A stretch of DNA of 64,000 nt from a virus (taxonomy: Duplodnaviria; Heunggongvirae; Uroviricota; Caudoviricetes). The notes beneath the pieces are model-generated. The model searched no databases. It saw only the letters and a list, made by a program, of their open reading frames with translations, and was not told the origin of the DNA. The position numbers and the translations under genes were made by a program. Below are positions 17,863-28,208 of this stretch, in pieces (positions within the stretch are counted from its first letter, which is position 1; the number at the start of each line of letters is the position of its first letter). The DNA lies in IMG/VR virus record IMGVR_UViG_3300045744_000007, positions 1 through 64,000 of that record. One strand, given 5' to 3'.

Positions 17863-18780
17863 GTGACCTGGGTCTGTGGTGAAGAGCTGGTCCTGGTGCA
17901 GGAGATCCTCGACTTCACCCGAGACACGCTTCAGCCCGCCCCGACAGATCACCTGACGTTCACGGCCGGGTCGACTCCCGATCGGGATATCTGGGCCGCG
18001 TGTGGTGAGTACCCGATGGACACCACCAAGCCCAGGCTGATCACGGTCAAGGAAGCGCAGAAGATCAAGAACTGGGCTCCGCTGATCGAGTGGATGTCGA
18101 ACTTGAGGTTGTTGCCGACGACCTACCTCCTCTTCATCAGTTCGGAGGAGGACTTCGCCTATACGAAGAAGCGGTCGAAGGACACCCCTTCGGAGATGGC
18201 CCCGCATCTGGTGGCGATCAAGTCGAAGGGCACGATCGTGCGCTGTGCTCCGCCATCGGAGGAGGACACGATCTCGTGGATGAAGCGGCAGCTTCCGGTG
18301 AACGACGACCTGGCGACGTACATCCTCACGCGGGCCGGGGGCGATCTCGGGATCGCGTTGAACATCGCGAGGAAGGCGAGAGTCTTTCAGGGTCGCCTCA
18401 CGCCGGAGATCGTGGATCTCCTGTGCTCGGGCCGGGCCAGTGACAGCTTCGTGGACTACCTGATCTTCCAGAAGAAGCCGGAGGCGTTCAAGGCCCTGGC
18501 CCTGCTGCCGGAGAAGGAGAACCTGAGAACGATCGGTCTCCTGGACTCGCGGTTGGACACGCTGGCCAAGCTGTACGAAGGAGTGAGGAAGGGTCAGGGG
18601 ATTCGAGAGCTGGCGATCAATGGGGTTCCGCCGTTCCTGGCGAAGTTCCTGATGCCGATCGCCAAGTTCTACGACCCTGGGACAGTGGCGTCCCGGAGAG
18701 GTGTTCTTGCCGCCGTTGACCATGAGGTCAGGCGTGGAGCCCGGGGAGGGACGATGGAAAGTCTGGTGGCGCTGTGGTAG
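17863..18780 (+). CDS. clamp-loader delta-like subunit (HolA-like, tentative)
   Basis: in-frame GTG after previous stop; position between delta' and replication genes; weak similarity pattern only. Confidence 0.45.
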   Translation: MTWVCGEELVLVQEILDFTRDTLQPAPTDHLTFTAGSTPDRDIWAACGEYPMDTTKPRLITVKEAQKIKNWAPLIEWMSNLRLLPTTYLLFISSEEDFAYTKKRSKDTPSEMAPHLVAIKSKGTIVRCAPPSEEDTISWMKRQLPVNDDLATYILTRAGGDLGIALNIARKARVFQGRLTPEIVDLLCSGRASDSFVDYLIFQKKPEAFKALALLPEKENLRTIGLLDSRLDTLAKLYEGVRKGQGIRELAINGVPPFLAKFLMPIAKFYDPGTVASRRGVLAAVDHEVRRGARGGTMESLVALW

Positions 18781-19241
18781 CCGATCAGGGGGCAATCAGT
18801 GCCCGGCGGGACGAGGTCGCGGCGCTGCCCCGTCCTTCGGTGTCGGAGGGTGCTCTCGACCTCAAGGAGGCCGTCGAGAGCGTCCGGGAGCTGGACGACC
18901 TCTGGAACGTCTACGCCCGGGAGTGGGTGTGGGTCTGGACGTCGACCAAGGTGGGGGAGGAGGGACGGGAGCAGTGCCTGTCCCACTTCGCAGACACCTA
19001 CGAGGGCCGGGTGGTCTACCCGGACGAGGTAAAGGTGATCCCGTCCTCGGAGGCTCACCCGGACCAGTGGCCCTGGAGGCTTGCGCTCCTGCTGCCCACG
19101 CTCAAGAGCGTGCACAAGCTCCGGTCGCAGGCTGAGGCACACGCCGTCGAGGAGGGGTTCGAGGACCCGAAGATCGTTTCCCGTAACTCGAAAGAGGATT
19201 TCGCGATCCGCAACTACGGGAAGAAGAAGCTCCTGCGGTAG
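18774..19241 (+). CDS. hypothetical protein
   Basis: GTG overlapping upstream stop. Confidence 0.5.
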   Translation: MVADQGAISARRDEVAALPRPSVSEGALDLKEAVESVRELDDLWNVYAREWVWVWTSTKVGEEGREQCLSHFADTYEGRVVYPDEVKVIPSSEAHPDQWPWRLALLLPTLKSVHKLRSQAEAHAVEEGFEDPKIVSRNSKEDFAIRNYGKKKLLR

Positions 19242-19292
19242 GGCAAGGCAGGGTTAGGAAGGGCGCGGCCAGGCTTGGCACGGCATGGAGAG
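19242..19292 (+). repeat. GG-periodic degenerate repeat tract (GGCAAGGC/AGGTTAGG-type units) ending GGCATGG
   Basis: GG dinucleotides every 4-5 nt on + strand. Confidence 0.5.
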
Positions 19293-19301
19293 GAGGAATC
19301 G

Positions 19302-19790
19302 ATGCTGGAGAGTGAGCTTCACTCGATCCGGACGGAGAAGGCGAAGCTGTTGGCGACGCGGCGTCGGGGCGTCCTCGTGAACACGAAAGGAGCGGGTGGT
19401 CTGGGTGTCGTTGCTCAGGCCGGTGTTCTGCTCGCCGGGGAGACCGGGAGAAGCGTGACGGTCTTCGGAGCCCCGGGGAGGCTCGAAGCCTGGGCGATGC
19501 ACTTCCCGACAGGAGCGGTCCGTCTCGTCTCAGCGGTGGCCCACGCCCGCCGACCTGAACTCCTGAGCCTGGACGATGTCCTTCTCGTGGACGGGGAAGG
19601 GCTCAGCACGAGCCGGGACTCTGCCTCTTGGCGGCACCTTGCTCCGGTGCTCCGGAACGTGGAGAACTGCCTTCTCTACCTCCTGAGTAGCTCCTGGCCG
19701 GGCTGCCTGCCGTTGGTCGAGCTGGTCACTCCGTTCGATCAGGTGGTGCTCATGGAGCACCAGCAGGCAACTCCGATCCTGAACTCGTAG
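19302..19790 (+). CDS. hypothetical protein
   Basis: ATG after GGAGAGGAGG. Confidence 0.55.
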   Translation: MLESELHSIRTEKAKLLATRRRGVLVNTKGAGGLGVVAQAGVLLAGETGRSVTVFGAPGRLEAWAMHFPTGAVRLVSAVAHARRPELLSLDDVLLVDGEGLSTSRDSASWRHLAPVLRNVENCLLYLLSSSWPGCLPLVELVTPFDQVVLMEHQQATPILNS

Positions 19791-19804
19791 ATACTTCTCG
19801 CCAG

Positions 19805-19909
19805 GTGAGGCAAGGCGAGGTATGCAAAGGCACGGTGTGGTCCGGCTCGGTGGGCTATGGCCTGCTCAGGCGTGGACAGGCATGGTCAGGCGTGGCGAGG
19901 TAGGGCATG
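19805..19909 (+). repeat. GG-periodic degenerate repeat tract ending GGGCATGG (start codon of next gene)
   Basis: units such as GGCAAGGC, GAGGTATG, CAGGCATGG. Confidence 0.5.
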
Positions 19910-20092
19910 GTTTCCAAGAAGCGACTGACCGCCCGAGAGGTGGTCCGTTGCGCTCGATGTGGCCGCCTGGCTGAACGACGATCTGCAATGCAATACGAGG
20001 GCCGTTGGTACGGCTCGAACTGTGTGCTAAAGGCACTGGCGACATCGAATGTGGACTTCGATAAGGAGTCCCAGGGAGGAGACAGCGAATGA
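19907..20092 (+). CDS. zinc-ribbon protein
   Basis: ATG at end of GG-repeat tract; CxxC...C motif. Confidence 0.5.
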   Translation: MVSKKRLTAREVVRCARCGRLAERRSAMQYEGRWYGSNCVLKALATSNVDFDKESQGGDSE

Positions 20093-20715
20093 CTGCGATT
20101 AGCAATGCTGCGAACACGGCTGAGGGCGCGATTTCCACGCAGATGCCTTGGGTGGTCGAGGTCGACATTCAGGGCACTTCCGATCTTCTGTTCCACCGGT
20201 ACTCCGTCGAGGCCGTGGCTGAGAAGGCCGCCGCCGCGAAGAACTCCGCCGCGAAGAAGACCGACGACACCGAGTCGTACCTGTACCGGGACGACGACGG
20301 CATCGTCTGCCTTCCTGGGGAGTACCTCCGGGGCGCGATCTGCTCCCCGGGTGGGGCCGCGAAGTACCGTCAGGACCCTCGGAGCCCGCGTAAGAGCGCG
20401 CTGGACCTCTACAAGGCCGGTGTGATCGCCCTGACGAACCTCGCCCCGATCGTGACGAGTGACGGGGAGCTGGCGAAGGACGCCGACTACATGGACCGGC
20501 GTCGGGTGGTCGTGCAGCGCAACGCTGTCTCCCGTGTCCGCCCGGCTTTCCACACGGGCTGGACGACGACGGTGCAGTTCCAGATCAACACCCCCGAGTA
20601 CATCTCGGACAAGGACTTCAAGGACGTGCTCGATCTCGCTGGTCGTCTCGTCGGGGTCGGGGACTTCCGTCCGACCTTCGGTCGGTTCACGGTCATGCGG
20701 TTCGAGATCATCTGA
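20089..20715 (+). CDS. hypothetical protein
   Basis: RBS GGGAGGAGACAGCGA; ATG overlapping stop. Confidence 0.6.
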   Translation: MTAISNAANTAEGAISTQMPWVVEVDIQGTSDLLFHRYSVEAVAEKAAAAKNSAAKKTDDTESYLYRDDDGIVCLPGEYLRGAICSPGGAAKYRQDPRSPRKSALDLYKAGVIALTNLAPIVTSDGELAKDADYMDRRRVVVQRNAVSRVRPAFHTGWTTTVQFQINTPEYISDKDFKDVLDLAGRLVGVGDFRPTFGRFTVMRFEII

Positions 20716-21070
20716 GCTTCGAGGCGCGGTAAGGCCGGGAACGGTGGGGCGTGCTTAGGCGGGGCACGGCTAGGAGCGGTGCGGTTCGGTTCGCCGGGGC
20801 GTGGCAAGGGCCGGGAACGGCGTGCCTAGGCGAGGTATGGCCGGGCGTGGACTGGAACGGCGAGGCAAGGAAGCAAGACGGCGGGGAGTGCGCTCACAGA
20901 TCGGCTCCCCGCCACGACCCGTGGTTAGGCCGGGCACGGCCAGGCTAGGTCTGGTGGGGTACGGCCTGGCGAGGAGCGGTGCGGTATGGGTTCGCCATGA
21001 CAAGGCGTGGTCAGGTTGGGCCGGGAAAGGCATGGCAGGGCAAGGTCTGGCAGGGCATGGATTTCAATAG
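20716..21070 (+). repeat. 355-bp GG-periodic degenerate repeat tract with embedded hairpin GGCGGGGAG...CTCCCCGCC, upstream of DNA polymerase gene
   Basis: dozens of NGGN units; ends GGCATGGATTTC. Confidence 0.55.
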
Positions 21071-21079
21071 GGAGACAGC

Positions 21080-23608
21080 GTGGCTGCTAAGAATTACGGT
21101 GCTATTCGAGACGAAGCTCAACTGGCCGCGCTGGTAGATAAGATCCTGGAATCCGGAGAGATCTTCGGGTTCGACATTGAAACTGGATACGATGGGCCCG
21201 ATCGGGATGGGGGATCTCTTCACCCCGATTGGCCGAAATGCAAAGTAGTCGGTATCTCGTTCACCAACTCCCTGGAGTGGGCGAGGTACGTCCCCCTGGC
21301 CCACGACTCAGGCCCCAACCTCGACCCGGTACGAGTGGCCGAGATCTTCTGGCCGTTGCTCAAGTCCGGTCGAGGCGTCGCGCACAACGCGAAGTTCGAG
21401 AGACGGCACCTGTCCCGGTTCTTCCGGGAGTTCCTGCCGGACAACGAAGAGGTCATCTCCGCAAACGGGTACTTCCCGGTCTTCTCCGACACGATGATCG
21501 AGGCGTACCTGGTCGCGGAATGGGAGAAGGTCGGTCTCAAGCCGATGACCAAGGCCCTCTTCGGGCACGACCAGGCTGAGTTGATCTCGCTCTTCCCCGG
21601 GATGAAGAAGGGGAAGAGCAAGGCTCTGAGGTTCAACGCGCTGGATCTGACCCCCGAGGTCATCAACTACGCCTGTGAGGACGCTCTCTGGGCGCTGGCG
21701 ATCCACCGGAAGCTCTACCCCCGGGTGAAGGACATGTTCCTTTACAAGGTGGAGATGGAAATCATGGAAGTCCTCTGCGAGATGGAGGACTTCGGGATCA
21801 AGTACGACTGGGCCGCGATGCGGGCCAAGCTGTCGGAGGCGGAGGCGTTCCTTCGGGCGATCGACGCCGAGATCCAGTCCGATCTCTCGGAGTGGGCAGG
21901 TAAGCCCGTCCTCATCAACTTGGGTTCTCCCAAGCAGGTGGGCGACATCCTGTATGGAACCCTGAACCTTCCGGTGGCGCAGTACACCGACTCAGGGGCT
22001 CCGAGTACCGGAGAAACGGCGCTCAAGAAGCTGGCTGACCAGTATCCGGTGGTCAAGCGCATCCTCGAATGGCGGGAAATCAAGACCCTCATCACGAGGT
22101 ACCTGGGGAAGTACGAGGACGACTACGCCTATGCCCCGGATGGGATGGTTCACCCGAACCACATGCAGGCGCTGGTCCCTTCGGGACGGTTCGCGGTCAA
22201 CGATTCTCCGTACCAGCAGACCCCGAAGGACTACTACTACGAGCTGCGTTCGGCTCAGATGATTACCGACGCTCACAAGGAAGCCCACCCCGACGTGGAT
22301 GGGAAGCCGTGCAAGTGCGAGGAGTGGGAGTCCAAGTACGAGCCCGGGTCGAGGTTCTTCCTGAACTTCCGGGACATGATCGTTGCTCCGAAGGGCTACT
22401 ACATCCTGGGCTACGACTACAGCCAGGTCGAGCTTCGGGTGATGGCCGGAGAGTCGGGGGAGCCGTCGCTTCTGGAGGCATTCAACTCCGGGGGAGATCC
22501 GCACACCACGACGGCATCCCTGATGCTGAACATCCCTCTCTCGAAGGTCTCCAAGGCCGAGCGCGCCATCGGGAAGACGATGAACTTCGCCCTCCTCTAT
22601 GGGATGGGAGTCAACTCGCTGGCTCAGCGGTTGGGCATCTCGAAGCAGGAGGGGCAGGAGCTGTACGACAAATACTTCTCCTCCTTCTCGTGCATCGATA
22701 CCTGGTCGAAGCGCTCGAAGGAGAGTGGCGTCGCCAAGGGCTACACCATCTCGAAGTTCGGTCGGAAGTTCACGATCTGGGACCTTCGGTCGGAGAGGGA
22801 CTGGCAGAGAGCCAAGGGCGAGCGGCTGTGCGTGAACGGCCCGATTCAGGGCGGCGCGGCTGACTACATGAAGATCTCTATGGTCCGGGCCCGGCGAGCC
22901 CTCAAGGCTGCTGGTCTGGCCGATCGGGTCCACCTGAACATGAACATCCACGACGCCCTGGAGTTCCTGGTCGAGGAGTCGGTGACGCCGGAGGAGGTCA
23001 TCCGAGTTCTGGCCCCGGCGGTCACCTTCGCGGTTCCCGGCTGGCCGAAGATCGAGGCCGACTGGCACATCGGGAGACGGTGGGGAACGCTGACCGACCT
23101 GATCGTGGACGAGCACGGCCACGTTCGGGCCAAGGGCCAGCACGCCAAGCCGAGCGCGCCGGAGATCTCGGAGGACGGTGAGCTGGAGGAGGTCGATCCG
23201 GACGCCGCTCTGGCCCGGGAGGCACTCCAGAAAGAGCGGTACGCCCCCGACAACAAGGAAGCCGTCATCGAGCACCAGGCGGCCGGTCTGGCGCTGAAAG
23301 AGCGGTACTACGACAAGGTCGAGGACGACGCTGCAGCAGCTCAGGCGCTCGCCAAGACGCTGATCGTGGAGCTGGGGGAGATGCCCCTGGAGAACGAGTT
23401 CGAGCGCTTCCGGGAGATGTCCTTCGCCAAGAACGGGTCCAACCGGCTCATCCTGCGCACGCCGGAGGGTGAGGCCGAGCTGAACTGGACGACGGGGCTG
23501 TCCCCCGACGACCGAGCTGAGATCAGCATGTTGTTCTCTGGGGCGAACGTGTATTGGTCTCCGGATTCAGTGGATGTGAAATCGATGCTCGGAGGGCTCG
23601 AGCTGTGA
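21080..23608 (+). CDS. polA: DNA polymerase I (family A) with 3'-5' exonuclease domain
   Basis: GTG after AGGGAGACAGC; motif A DYSQVELR, motif B/C region; N-terminal exo domain. Confidence 0.85.
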   Translation: MAAKNYGAIRDEAQLAALVDKILESGEIFGFDIETGYDGPDRDGGSLHPDWPKCKVVGISFTNSLEWARYVPLAHDSGPNLDPVRVAEIFWPLLKSGRGVAHNAKFERRHLSRFFREFLPDNEEVISANGYFPVFSDTMIEAYLVAEWEKVGLKPMTKALFGHDQAELISLFPGMKKGKSKALRFNALDLTPEVINYACEDALWALAIHRKLYPRVKDMFLYKVEMEIMEVLCEMEDFGIKYDWAAMRAKLSEAEAFLRAIDAEIQSDLSEWAGKPVLINLGSPKQVGDILYGTLNLPVAQYTDSGAPSTGETALKKLADQYPVVKRILEWREIKTLITRYLGKYEDDYAYAPDGMVHPNHMQALVPSGRFAVNDSPYQQTPKDYYYELRSAQMITDAHKEAHPDVDGKPCKCEEWESKYEPGSRFFLNFRDMIVAPKGYYILGYDYSQVELRVMAGESGEPSLLEAFNSGGDPHTTTASLMLNIPLSKVSKAERAIGKTMNFALLYGMGVNSLAQRLGISKQEGQELYDKYFSSFSCIDTWSKRSKESGVAKGYTISKFGRKFTIWDLRSERDWQRAKGERLCVNGPIQGGAADYMKISMVRARRALKAAGLADRVHLNMNIHDALEFLVEESVTPEEVIRVLAPAVTFAVPGWPKIEADWHIGRRWGTLTDLIVDEHGHVRAKGQHAKPSAPEISEDGELEEVDPDAALAREALQKERYAPDNKEAVIEHQAAGLALKERYYDKVEDDAAAAQALAKTLIVELGEMPLENEFERFREMSFAKNGSNRLILRTPEGEAELNWTTGLSPDDRAEISMLFSGANVYWSPDSVDVKSMLGGLEL

Positions 23609-23621
23609 GAGGGGAGACAAC

Positions 23622-23948
23622 TTGAGGGTCATGCTCGGGGACACGATCGAGAAGGTCGTGGGCACAGAGAAGCACTGGGTCAAGGTCGAGGTCGAGCTGG
23701 ACGAGACGGACCTGACTCGGTTGCTGGTCGAGGCGGGCTACGACAGGGGAATGAATCTCGGCCTGGCGCTGGAGGGGATCTCGTCTCGGGACGTCTTCAA
23801 CCTGTTGGTGACCGAGACGGAGATCCTCGTCGGTGCGGCCCTGGTGATGCAGAACGGGATCACTCCGGCTGAGTACCAGGAGGCCAGGGCGCGCCTGGAG
23901 GCCCGGAAGGAAAAGGCGCTCGCCAAGATCAAGTCGAAGCATGGATGA
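23622..23948 (+). CDS. hypothetical protein
   Basis: TTG/ATG after GAGAGGGGAGACAAC. Confidence 0.55.
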   Translation: MRVMLGDTIEKVVGTEKHWVKVEVELDETDLTRLLVEAGYDRGMNLGLALEGISSRDVFNLLVTETEILVGAALVMQNGITPAEYQEARARLEARKEKALAKIKSKHG

Positions 23949-24429
23949 GCCGCCTCTGAGCGCGCTGGAAGAGAAGCTGGCCGAGTGGATCGGGGAGGCG
24001 TTGGAGCTTCGCCACTCGGGTGAGGATCCGCCCTCGATCGGTTCGGACCCCCAAGACGTCCTGGACTCTCTTCTGCGGGTGCGAAAGCGCCTGGACCGGG
24101 TCGAGGGAATCCTCGCCGCAGTCGAGCGAGCCAAGGGGAGAGTGGCGAGGTCGCTGGCGGTGGCGAACTTCTCGAGTCAGGTGGCCTGGGACGAGGCGCT
24201 CAAGAACGTGAGACAGCGGGAGTACCAGGGCTCGAAGGAGCGGTACGCGGAGGCGAACCTGGCCTCGCTCGTGGAGAGGCGCAACGCGCACCAGATGGAG
24301 GTGCTCTTCGAGAGTGCCAGGACGGCTGCGGTGGTCGTCAGGGATGCCCACCGTGGCCTGAACGGGGTGCGGGAGGATCACCTGGCGATTCTTCGGGCGA
24401 TGAACATCGGGACGAGGCTGGAAACGTGA
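23941..24429 (+). CDS. hypothetical protein
   Basis: ATG overlapping stop (ATGGATGA). Confidence 0.55.
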   Translation: MDEPPLSALEEKLAEWIGEALELRHSGEDPPSIGSDPQDVLDSLLRVRKRLDRVEGILAAVERAKGRVARSLAVANFSSQVAWDEALKNVRQREYQGSKERYAEANLASLVERRNAHQMEVLFESARTAAVVVRDAHRGLNGVREDHLAILRAMNIGTRLET

Positions 24430-25067
24430 AGTGCCACGACTGTAAGAAGGTCTTCAACGCTGGCTCCGACTGGGAGCGACGGATCGAGATCTACCGGCAG
24501 ACGGACGGGACGTCGGTCGAGGTCGGGTTTGATCGGGAAGTGCGGGAGAAGCCAGCCGGTGCTCGTCTGCTCTGGATCGAGCACTACAAGTGCTTCCTGA
24601 TCCGGGTGAAGAAAGAGTCGCGGGCCGATGTGTCGAGGAAGCAGCACGTCGCCTCCTGGGACCAGGTGGACGACGACGTGCCTGGCACCCGGGCCCTGGC
24701 CGCCAAGATGGCCGAGACGCGCCAGATGGAGTTGGAAGCTGGCTACGGGAAGACGAGCTGGTCGGAGCTGGAGAAGGCTCGGGCGGCTGAGCATGGTGGG
24801 CCCTACGACCATGAGCACCCTCGGTTCGTCGCGCACTACCAGCTCGCCGCGCACCTGTACCACGCGCATGGAATCGAGCCGAACATCGACATGGCTCGGC
24901 AGAGAGTTCAGCATGACGAGTCCCACGCGGCGTTGTCACTGGCTCGTACGAGGGCGGCACGGGAGGCCGACCCCGGCCATGTCGAGAGAGGGCTCGGGAC
25001 GTCGGACTGGAGGGACCAAGAGGTGTGGGACGTTCAGGATCTGCCTGCTCCGGAGGAGCTTCAGTAG
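24426..25067 (+). CDS. Cys/His-containing hypothetical protein
   Basis: GTG overlapping stop (GTGA). Confidence 0.55.
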   Translation: MKCHDCKKVFNAGSDWERRIEIYRQTDGTSVEVGFDREVREKPAGARLLWIEHYKCFLIRVKKESRADVSRKQHVASWDQVDDDVPGTRALAAKMAETRQMELEAGYGKTSWSELEKARAAEHGGPYDHEHPRFVAHYQLAAHLYHAHGIEPNIDMARQRVQHDESHAALSLARTRAAREADPGHVERGLGTSDWRDQEVWDVQDLPAPEELQ

Positions 25068-25145
25068 GACTTCTGACCAGCCAAAGTCGTAGTTCTCTAT
25101 GGCCTAGCAAGGCCCGACAACACGAGAGACAAGCGAGCGAAACTG

Positions 25146-26135
25146 ATGGGTAGAACTGCGTTCCGGTCCGCCAACAAGGCTCCCTCGACGGGGACGAACA
25201 CCAGCGACATCCCGAAGCTTCGGCTGGTGAAGGACGAGAAGGCCAGGATCGTTCTCCTCGAAGACCCGGTGACCGTCTGGTACCACCGACTGCGCGCCCC
25301 CAAGGTGATCAATGGGGTCGTTCAGAAGGTCGAGAAGGAGTCGCGCAAAGGTGGTACCTACAGCGACTACGAGTGGGAGTTCATCTCCGCCCCCCGGTGC
25401 CTGGGTGACTCCGACACCCTCCAGAGAGACGGCTCCGACTCCGAGCACTGCCCGATGTGCGCGGCGGCCCGGGACGGGATCGTGGATGCGCCGAAGCGCC
25501 GCCACGCGATGACGATCGTGAAGTACGGCACGAAGAAGAACGGGGACGTCATCACGCCGTTCTCGGCCAGCGTGGTGGCCTGGGTCTTCGCGGATCAGCA
25601 GTTCGACCGGATCGTGAGCATCGCTGAGGAGCTGAAGAGCGGGGAAGACCTGCGGCGTCGGGACCTGGTCCTGGGGCCCTGTTCCGACGAGACGTTCCAG
25701 AAGTTCGACATCACGGCATCCGAGCGGTGCGCCTACCTGGAGCTGGGTCAGGCCCAGTACGTCACGGACCTCTTCGAGAACAACAAGTTCGAGGAGAAGG
25801 ATCTGCTCAACCTCGCCGCCTGGGAGTCCAGCCGGATGAAGGTCAACGACGACCTCGAGAAGATCCGTGACCGGTGGAACGTGGTGAACGGGGCCAGCCG
25901 TCCCGAGTCCAGCTCGGCCGCCGATTCCATGGCGCAGAACGACACCTCGCTCCAGTCGGATCTCTCCTCGCTCCTGGACACGCAGACCGGTGGCGTCGGC
26001 AAGAACGATGCCTGGAGCGAGCCTGCCGCCGCGAACGGGGGCTACGAGCCCTCGGGCATCGATGAGTTCGCGCCCAAGGAGACCGAGAAGAGTGAGTCGT
26101 CGGGGGCCATGTCCTTCGATGACCTGCTGGCGTGA
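25146..26135 (+). CDS. gp32-like single-stranded DNA-binding protein
   Basis: zinc motif H..CPMC, OB-fold-like core, acidic C-terminal tail ...FDDLLA as in T4 gp32. Confidence 0.55.
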   Translation: MGRTAFRSANKAPSTGTNTSDIPKLRLVKDEKARIVLLEDPVTVWYHRLRAPKVINGVVQKVEKESRKGGTYSDYEWEFISAPRCLGDSDTLQRDGSDSEHCPMCAAARDGIVDAPKRRHAMTIVKYGTKKNGDVITPFSASVVAWVFADQQFDRIVSIAEELKSGEDLRRRDLVLGPCSDETFQKFDITASERCAYLELGQAQYVTDLFENNKFEEKDLLNLAAWESSRMKVNDDLEKIRDRWNVVNGASRPESSSAADSMAQNDTSLQSDLSSLLDTQTGGVGKNDAWSEPAAANGGYEPSGIDEFAPKETEKSESSGAMSFDDLLA

Positions 26136-26722
26136 TCGTCACAGCAATCGACCTGGCGGCCCGGTTCTCAGCGTCCTGCACGCTGGGGCCGGGCCTCCGG
26201 CTGTTGGATTTCGGCGCTCCGTTGATGAACTCGCATGTCGAGTGGTTGGACGACGTGGTCGATAGCGTGGTCGTTCGCTCGATTGCGGGGGAGGACGTCT
26301 TCCTCGTCGTGGAGGACGTTCCTCTGTCTCTGCCCTTCACGGCGAAGCTGAAGGCCGCTCTCCAACTACAGGGCGAGATCGCGCACCAGATGCGGATTCG
26401 GAGTCTGCTCGATCGGGTCTACTTCGTTCAGCCGATGACGTGGCAGCGGCACTTCGAGGGGGTCTGGAGGGGCAAGGAGGCGGGCGCTCTGGCTGCGGCC
26501 GAGAAGCTGGGCTTCGCCCCACCTGACTACCTCAAGGAGTACGAGAGCCTCTTCGCCCACCTCAAGGGGAAGGAGAGGCAGGACATCAGGAACGCGCTCA
26601 AGAAGCAGGCGTCCGACGTGGTCGATGCCTTCCTGATGGCCGTCTGGGCACACGAGACCTACGCAGAGCACGGCACGCTCGAAATCAAGAACGTGATCAA
26701 GTACCTGGGGCAGTGGAACTAG
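26132..26722 (+). CDS. RuvC-like Holliday-junction resolvase
   Basis: N-terminal IVTAIDLA, central acidic residues, C-terminal DVVDAFLMAVWA resembling RuvC catalytic motifs. Confidence 0.55.
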   Translation: MIVTAIDLAARFSASCTLGPGLRLLDFGAPLMNSHVEWLDDVVDSVVVRSIAGEDVFLVVEDVPLSLPFTAKLKAALQLQGEIAHQMRIRSLLDRVYFVQPMTWQRHFEGVWRGKEAGALAAAEKLGFAPPDYLKEYESLFAHLKGKERQDIRNALKKQASDVVDAFLMAVWAHETYAEHGTLEIKNVIKYLGQWN

Positions 26723-26730
26723 GGGAGACA

Positions 26731-28002
26731 GTGGCAGCGAAAGAAGAACCGAAGAAGAAGCTCAGTGTCAGTGATGTGCTCAAGAAGGCGTCGAAGGACT
26801 ATGGCCTGAGGGTCGGTTCCCTCAACGACGTGGTGGAAGACGTGAAAGCCTTCAGCTCGGGGAACCTGGGGATCGACACGATCCTGGGTGTGGGAGGCAT
26901 TCCGCAGGGCCGGATGATCGAGGTGTTCGGTCCCCCGTCGTCGGGGAAGACCACGACGGCACTTCAGGCCGCCGTTCAGATGCAGAGAATCATCAAGGCC
27001 GGTGGGGATCCTCGTCTCGGTATCGCCCCCGACGACGTGATCCTGTACCTGGACTACGAGAACTCGATGGACCCGGTGTACGTGGCGAATTTGGGTCTGG
27101 ACGTCGAGCACCCGAGCTTCCTGATTACGCAGCCTGACACGCTGGAGGTGGGAGCCGATCTCGGGGCCGATCTCACCTCCACGGGGAAGTGTCGGCTCTC
27201 GATCTGGGACTCCGTCGCCTCGATGTCTCCCTCCAAGGCGCTGGAGGCCGAGTCCGGTCGGCAGGCCGTGGCTGAGCAGGCTCGCCTCATGAGCCAGTTC
27301 CTTCGGAAGTTCAACCCGATCCTGGCGAACAACAACTCCACTGCGATCTTCGTGAACCACCTCATGACGGAGATCCCGATGGGGCAGGGGGGACGTCCGG
27401 GGGTCAAGAAGGACACGACCCCGGGTGGGATGGCCCTTAAATACTTCTCCAGCGTGCGCCTCAAGTACCAGCAGATCGAGGTCGTGAAGGGGAAGATCGA
27501 GGACGAGCTGACCGGGGACGACTTCGAGGCTCCAGTGGCAACGAACGTCAAGGTGAGCGTCGTCAAGAACAAGGTCGGTCCGCCCTTCCGCTCCACGGTT
27601 GTCCGGGTTCGGTACGGGAAGGGCTTCGACAACTTCTGGACCGCGATGCAGGTGCTGACGGCTCGGAAGGTGATCCCGACGTCGCAGGGCTACTGGTACT
27701 TCGAGAAGCAGCCAGCCCTCGTCCACGAGGACATGGGGACGTCGAGCACCGGTCGGAGATACATCCGGGGGATGGAGACGCTCTTCGAGTTCGCAGACTC
27801 TCACCTGGACTGGAGAGAGGCCGTGATCAAGGAGGCGACGGCTCTGATCGGGGGCCAGACCGTTGTGCCTGAGCTGGCGACCGAAGAAACTCCTGAGCCG
27901 GACGCCCGGGAAGAGGAGCCGAACGCCGCTGACCTGGTCGAACTGCTCGAAGGACCAGCGGTCGAGGAGCCGAAGCCGGAGGAGCCGGACTACCTGGCTT
28001 AG
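26731..28002 (+). CDS. RecA/UvsX-family recombinase
   Basis: GTG after AGGGGAGACA; Walker A GPPSSGKTT; RecA core; acidic C-terminus. Confidence 0.8.
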   Translation: MAAKEEPKKKLSVSDVLKKASKDYGLRVGSLNDVVEDVKAFSSGNLGIDTILGVGGIPQGRMIEVFGPPSSGKTTTALQAAVQMQRIIKAGGDPRLGIAPDDVILYLDYENSMDPVYVANLGLDVEHPSFLITQPDTLEVGADLGADLTSTGKCRLSIWDSVASMSPSKALEAESGRQAVAEQARLMSQFLRKFNPILANNNSTAIFVNHLMTEIPMGQGGRPGVKKDTTPGGMALKYFSSVRLKYQQIEVVKGKIEDELTGDDFEAPVATNVKVSVVKNKVGPPFRSTVVRVRYGKGFDNFWTAMQVLTARKVIPTSQGYWYFEKQPALVHEDMGTSSTGRRYIRGMETLFEFADSHLDWREAVIKEATALIGGQTVVPELATEETPEPDAREEEPNAADLVELLEGPAVEEPKPEEPDYLA

Positions 28003-28010
28003 GAGGTTCC

Positions 28011-28208
28011 GTGACCGCCAGGGATGTGTTGGTGCTTCTCGTGGGGACGCAGGAGGCGGTCATCGCGCACCAGGAAGTGTGTGAGACCTGTCCTGAGGAT
28101 CTCTGCGCGTTCGGGGAGAGGCTGGCCCTGGGGCTGGCAGAGGCCCACCTTGTCGCCCTGGCCTACCTGGACCAGGTCCCCCCTCCGGTACTTCCCCTGG
28201 CGTCTTAG
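28011..28208 (+). CDS. small Cys-containing protein
   Basis: GTG after AGGAGG. Confidence 0.45.
   Translation: MTARDVLVLLVGTQEAVIAHQEVCETCPEDLCAFGERLALGLAEAHLVALAYLDQVPPPVLPLAS

Noticed and set aside
19242-21070. CRISPR array
   Set aside because: The repeats are degenerate GG-periodic units without unique spacers of fixed length; there are no cas genes.
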